From Terriglobia bacterium (GTDB lineage Bacteria > Acidobacteriota > Terriglobia > Terriglobales > Acidobacteriaceae): a stretch of DNA of 64,000 bases. The translations under genes and the position numbers were made by a program. Positions 60,328 through 64,000 of the stretch are shown here, one piece after another. Positions within the stretch are counted from its first letter, which is position 1; each line of letters starts with the position of its first letter. The stretch spans positions 150,432 to 214,431 of the forward strand of contig CAVPME010000019.1 of the NCBI GenBank assembly GCA_963706335.1, given 5' to 3'. The notes below the pieces were generated by a model that had not been told where the DNA came from, ran no database searches, and saw only the letters and a program-made list of their open reading frames with translations.

Positions 60328-60381
60328 CCTGCTGTCTCAATCAGATCCAGTTTTCACGATCGTCTAAAATAAGCGTTCCGG

Positions 60382-62292
60382 ATGGATCTCCAGGCAAAAA
60401 TTCGCACGATCCCGACGTCGGCCGGCGTTTACCTCTACAAAAACGCCGAAGGCGAGATTATTTATGTCGGCAAAGCCAACAACCTTCGCAGCCGCGTGTC
60501 TTCCTATTTCCGCGAAGGTCGATGGGAAGACACGAAAACCGACTCGCTGATACGCGAGGCCGTAGACGTTGATTACATCATTGTCGCCAACAACAAAGAA
60601 GCGCTGGCGTTAGAAAACCACCTGATTAAGCAGAAGAAGCCGCGCTTCAACATTTTGCTGCGTGACGATAAAACCTACCCATATGTGAAACTCACGATGG
60701 GAGAACGCTTCCCGCGCGTGTATGTAACTCGCCGGTTACGGAAAGATGGGAGCTGCTATTACGGTCCGTACTTTCCTGCCAATCTGGCGTACCGCATTGT
60801 TGATTTAATTCACCGCCATTTCCTGGTCCCGTCGTGCAAAGTCGATCTGACTCGTTACCATCCGCGTCCGTGTCTGCAGTATTACATCAAGCGCTGCCTG
60901 GGACCGTGCGTCGAAGGGCTTACTACGCCGGAGATTTATCAGGAAGCGGTTCGGGACGTAAAGCTGTTCCTCGAAGGACGCCCAACCGATCTTCTACGCT
61001 CGTTGCGTCAGAGAATGGAAAGTGCTGCCGCAAAGGAGGAATACGAGCGTGCGGCAAGGTATCGCGATCTGATTTCGACCGTGGATCAGTTGCAGGAAAA
61101 ACAACGCATTGCGGCGGTTGAGGGCGATGACGCTGACGTGTTCGGCTATCACTACGAGAACGGCATGATCGCGGTGAACCTGTTCCACGTGCGCGGCGGC
61201 CGCGTGCTGGATCGCCGGGAGTTCTTCTGGGAGGACTTGCCAGAACTCGCCGTGGTGGACGGGTCAGAGCAAGATGCGGCTAGGGATAGCTTGGTCCCTG
61301 CCCCTCTGAACTCTCCGAACGATGTTATGTCAAAGAACCGGTTTGTTCCGGGTGAATTCTTCTCTGCCCTCCTCAAGCAGCTCTATATCGGGCAACCATA
61401 TGTTCCGCGGAATATTTATGTTCCGGTCGAGTTTGAAGATCGCGAAATGCTGGAGGAATTACTTTCCGAACAACTCGCGGCCGGAGGCGGCCGGGCTACG
61501 CGGGTCAACATCCTGATCCCGCAGCGTGGCGACAAACGAGGTCTTCTTGACCTGGCGGGTAACAACGCAAAGCAGTCATATGACCAGCGATTCCGCGTGA
61601 TGAAGCCGAACACGAAAGCGATTCAGGAAGCATTGCAGGACGCGTTGGGCTTACCAGAACTTCCCAAACGCATCGAGTGTTTCGACATCTCTCACATTCA
61701 AGGGGCCGAAACCGTGGCTTCGATGGTGGTGTGGGAAAACGGGCAGATGAAGAAATCCGATTACCGAAAATTTATTATCCGGGGCGTGATTGGCGTCGAT
61801 GATTTCGCTTCCATGCGCGAAGTGGTCACGCGTCGCTATAAGCGAATCCAGGAAGAGCAAAAGAAAATGCCCAGCCTAGTGCTGATTGATGGTGGCCTGG
61901 GACAGCTGCACGCCGCAGCAGAAGCCCTTGAAGCTCTTGAAATTATTAATCAACCGCTGGCTGCGATCGCCAAGCGCGAAGAAATTATTTACGTTTACGG
62001 GCAGGAAAGCGAGCCGGTAGCGCTGGATCATCATTCGCCCGTGCTGCATCTGGTGCAATTGATTCGCGACGAAGCTCATCGTTTCGCGGTTACGTTTCAC
62101 CGCAAGCGGCGTCAGATACGCGACCGAGCAACCGAACTGAGAGATATTCCGGGCGTTGGGGAGAGTACTACTCGGCGATTACTGGAACATTTCGGCAGTG
62201 TGCAAGCGGTAAAGCAGGCGGATCCTGCCGCACTTTCGGCGGTGGTGACGCGTAGTCAAGCGGAGGCCATCCTAGGTCATTTCCGAAAATAG
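60382..62292 (+). CDS. uvrC: Excinuclease ABC subunit C
   Basis: GIY-YIG (GVYLYKNAEGEIIYVGKANNLRSRV), UvrB-interacting region, RNase-H-like endonuclease domain and C-terminal (HhH)2. Confidence 0.96.
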   Translation: MDLQAKIRTIPTSAGVYLYKNAEGEIIYVGKANNLRSRVSSYFREGRWEDTKTDSLIREAVDVDYIIVANNKEALALENHLIKQKKPRFNILLRDDKTYPYVKLTMGERFPRVYVTRRLRKDGSCYYGPYFPANLAYRIVDLIHRHFLVPSCKVDLTRYHPRPCLQYYIKRCLGPCVEGLTTPEIYQEAVRDVKLFLEGRPTDLLRSLRQRMESAAAKEEYERAARYRDLISTVDQLQEKQRIAAVEGDDADVFGYHYENGMIAVNLFHVRGGRVLDRREFFWEDLPELAVVDGSEQDAARDSLVPAPLNSPNDVMSKNRFVPGEFFSALLKQLYIGQPYVPRNIYVPVEFEDREMLEELLSEQLAAGGGRATRVNILIPQRGDKRGLLDLAGNNAKQSYDQRFRVMKPNTKAIQEALQDALGLPELPKRIECFDISHIQGAETVASMVVWENGQMKKSDYRKFIIRGVIGVDDFASMREVVTRRYKRIQEEQKKMPSLVLIDGGLGQLHAAAEALEALEIINQPLAAIAKREEIIYVYGQESEPVALDHHSPVLHLVQLIRDEAHRFAVTFHRKRRQIRDRATELRDIPGVGESTTRRLLEHFGSVQAVKQADPAALSAVVTRSQAEAILGHFRK

Positions 62293-62339
62293 CAGAAACG
62301 ACGTGAGCCGTTCCAGCTGTGAGACAAAGATCAGCCGCA

Positions 62340-62975
62340 CTAGGGCTGCCTTGGTACGAGATTCTGTTCGGTCGATTTCTGACACCGGTCCCGTTGCTGC
62401 TTTTGCCAGTTTGCCCTAATCGGTTTGGCTTGGACCGCGGACCTTAAGCCTCTCCGCACTAGCCATGCTACCGTCGCCAGCATTCCGCACCAGCCGAGGA
62501 GGCGTATGGCTCCGGCGATTGTCGTGTCGTATGGCAAAACTCCCAGGCTCGAGAAAATGGAATGCCAGTCATGCTCAATGAAATCGGAGTCGCCCGCGGT
62601 GACTAACGGCAGAACCATCGCGCGGGCATCTGCCATGTAGGTTGCGGTATATAGCCAGTTTTCGAAGAAGAAGAACGTACAGAACGAAAAAGCCGCAGTC
62701 TGTCTCTGACTAAAGAAATACACGGCCAGAAGCAACGGCACTAACCACTGTAGGATTGTCCCTCCCCACAGGCCGAGCGCCGGGCCAAACCAGCCGAACA
62801 GCAAGTGTCCGCCTTCGTGGACTACGAGGTTGGCGAGATCGATGAAGAGGAACGCACCATGCATGGTAAAGGCATACACCAGAAAGGTGACATAAAAGCA
62901 GAGCCACGCCGCAACCGTGTAACGAGAGACTGGCTGCCAATCCCCCGGGAACAAATTTTGCAAGTATTCGCTCAC
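62340..62975 (-). CDS. Integral membrane protein with an HExxH motif (VHEGGHLLF), family unresolved
   Basis: GTG start, about 5 TM segments, HEGGH at the end of TM2. Confidence 0.55.
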   Translation of the reverse strand: MSEYLQNLFPGDWQPVSRYTVAAWLCFYVTFLVYAFTMHGAFLFIDLANLVVHEGGHLLFGWFGPALGLWGGTILQWLVPLLLAVYFFSQRQTAAFSFCTFFFFENWLYTATYMADARAMVLPLVTAGDSDFIEHDWHSIFSSLGVLPYDTTIAGAIRLLGWCGMLATVAWLVRRGLRSAVQAKPIRANWQKQQRDRCQKSTEQNLVPRQP

Positions 62976-63116
62976 CCGGGGATTTTAATCGGCGGCTGTA
63001 AACAAAGGCAGTTACGACAGTACGCCCGACTCATGTCATGAACTAGCGAGTCGGCGCTAAGCGCCGTCCGCCGTTATAATCGGGTCAGTCGAGTTTGGCT
63101 TTTTTGCAGTATCGCT

Positions 63117-64000
63117 ATGTGGATGAGAGCACATCAATGGGTAGTCACGCTTGGGCTTTTCGCTCTGGTGTTGATTGCGGGCGTAGGCCTGATTTTGACT
63201 CGTGAGTCGGCGCAGTCCAGTTCAGTCAATTCGCCTGGACGCAAACCTCCTATTGTGGATGAGCAACCGCTCAAGACCGCTCGCGCGATGTCTGCGTTGG
63301 CTTCTGACTGGGATGAACAGCGCCAGTCACGACAAGTGCTGAAGTTGGCCGATCACGAAGTAGATGTGGCTTTCAGTTACGAGATGCGCGAGGCCACCGA
63401 GCATCCCGCGCCTCCGACGCCACAGACAAAAGAACTTTACGCCCAGGCCAATCGAACCCAGGCAGCCGTGAAGCAGGATCAGGACCGGATCGATCTATTA
63501 CAGAAACAGCTTGCCGTCGCGAAAGAAGACCGTAAAGACAGTCTGCAGCAGCAGATTGACTTGGCCAAGGCACAGCTTGAGTTGGATCAGGACGAATTGG
63601 AAGATGCCAAAGAAGACCTGATACGTTCTGGAGCAGACCGACTCAGCCGCATTCAGCGCCAATTTGCGCGTCACGAGGCGGCTCAGCATGAGTTTGAGAC
63701 CAGTCATCCGCAGACTGCTAGTTACACCAACCCTGGTTCGGGGACACCTGATGTGGCGGGCTATACCCAGTTCGCCGCGTGGAATGGACTGCGAAACAAG
63801 GCTCGACAATTACAGCAGGCGCTGGACGAGGCCAAACAAGCGAGCGCAAATCTCAAACAGGCTCATGAGGCCCTGCAGAAACAGGTCAGCGCAGAAGCTC
63901 CAACAAAGCAGGCGATCGCCCAACAAGCGAAAAATCAAGTTGATGCGACAACCGCGGACGCCGCCAGTTCAACGAACAACACTGCAAACGCCATCTCTTC
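63117..64000 (+). CDS. Membrane-anchored coiled-coil protein, 3' end outside the window (not in the ORF track because no stop is reached)
   Basis: ATG 63117, TM segment (WVVTLGLFALVLIAGVGLIL), then about 260 aa of Gln/Ala/Lys/Asp-rich heptad-like sequence, open to the window end. May be the N-terminus of a larger envelope or mechanosensitive-channel-type protein (speculative). Confidence 0.5.
   Translation, partial: MWMRAHQWVVTLGLFALVLIAGVGLILTRESAQSSSVNSPGRKPPIVDEQPLKTARAMSALASDWDEQRQSRQVLKLADHEVDVAFSYEMREATEHPAPPTPQTKELYAQANRTQAAVKQDQDRIDLLQKQLAVAKEDRKDSLQQQIDLAKAQLELDQDELEDAKEDLIRSGADRLSRIQRQFARHEAAQHEFETSHPQTASYTNPGSGTPDVAGYTQFAAWNGLRNKARQLQQALDEAKQASANLKQAHEALQKQVSAEAPTKQAIAQQAKNQVDATTADAASSTNNTANAIS

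Overview
64-kb chromosomal segment, moderately GC-rich by eye. Gene content looks like an Acidobacteriota (Terriglobia-like) genome; this is inferred from the protein families present (SBBP/DUF7948 giant protein, ASPIC/UnbV FG-GAP protein, M61 and M13 peptidases, several PilZ proteins, long TonB-like proteins), not from any search.

The window is mostly core housekeeping:
- dnaK (3' part), dnaJ, an APC permease, hspR-like MerR, an HDAC-family deacetylase, ffh, a peroxiredoxin-like protein and ppc.
- The conserved rpsP-KH-rimM-trmD-rplS cluster, rnhB, tmk-holB, an Hfq-like Sm protein, dcd, HU/IHF and an M50 protease.
- A ccmE-A-B-C-D cytochrome c maturation cluster, ppa, thiC, pilD and uvrC.

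These are interleaved with envelope, secreted and signalling genes:
- Three PilZ proteins and a CpaE/TadZ-like ATPase.
- A GT39-like glycosyltransferase, a sulfatase, and a NarL-type two-component pair.
- A TonB-like protein, a ~1100-aa SBBP-repeat protein, and a GH16 lipoprotein with a long Gly/Ser/Thr repeat.
- An OmpA-like lipoprotein and a TPR protein.

I found no rRNA, no intact tRNA, no CRISPR array, no transposase or integrase, and no recognisable defence island, so I do not claim a novel multi-gene system.

The most striking signal is structural. At least 30 reading-frame breaks are spread very unevenly:
- 9 in one M61 peptidase gene.
- At least 10 in a divergent GT39/sulfatase pair.
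- Single breaks in dnaK, tmk, the SBBP gene and others, plus a compensated pair hidden inside an apparently intact dnaJ ORF.
- None in ppc, uvrC, thiC, ffh or the M13 peptidase.

Secondary points of interest:
- A CXXXY-type (Cys instead of His) CcmE.
- An Hfq-like Sm protein with a long disordered N-terminal extension.
- A histidine-kinase-like protein lacking both the phospho-acceptor His and the ATPase domain, located next to pilD.
- An rnhB ORF that runs in frame into a PIG-L/LmbE deacetylase.
- Short repeat motifs placed just after stop codons.

All coordinates and frames were read by hand from the sequence and ORF track. Family assignments are motif-based and unverified by search.
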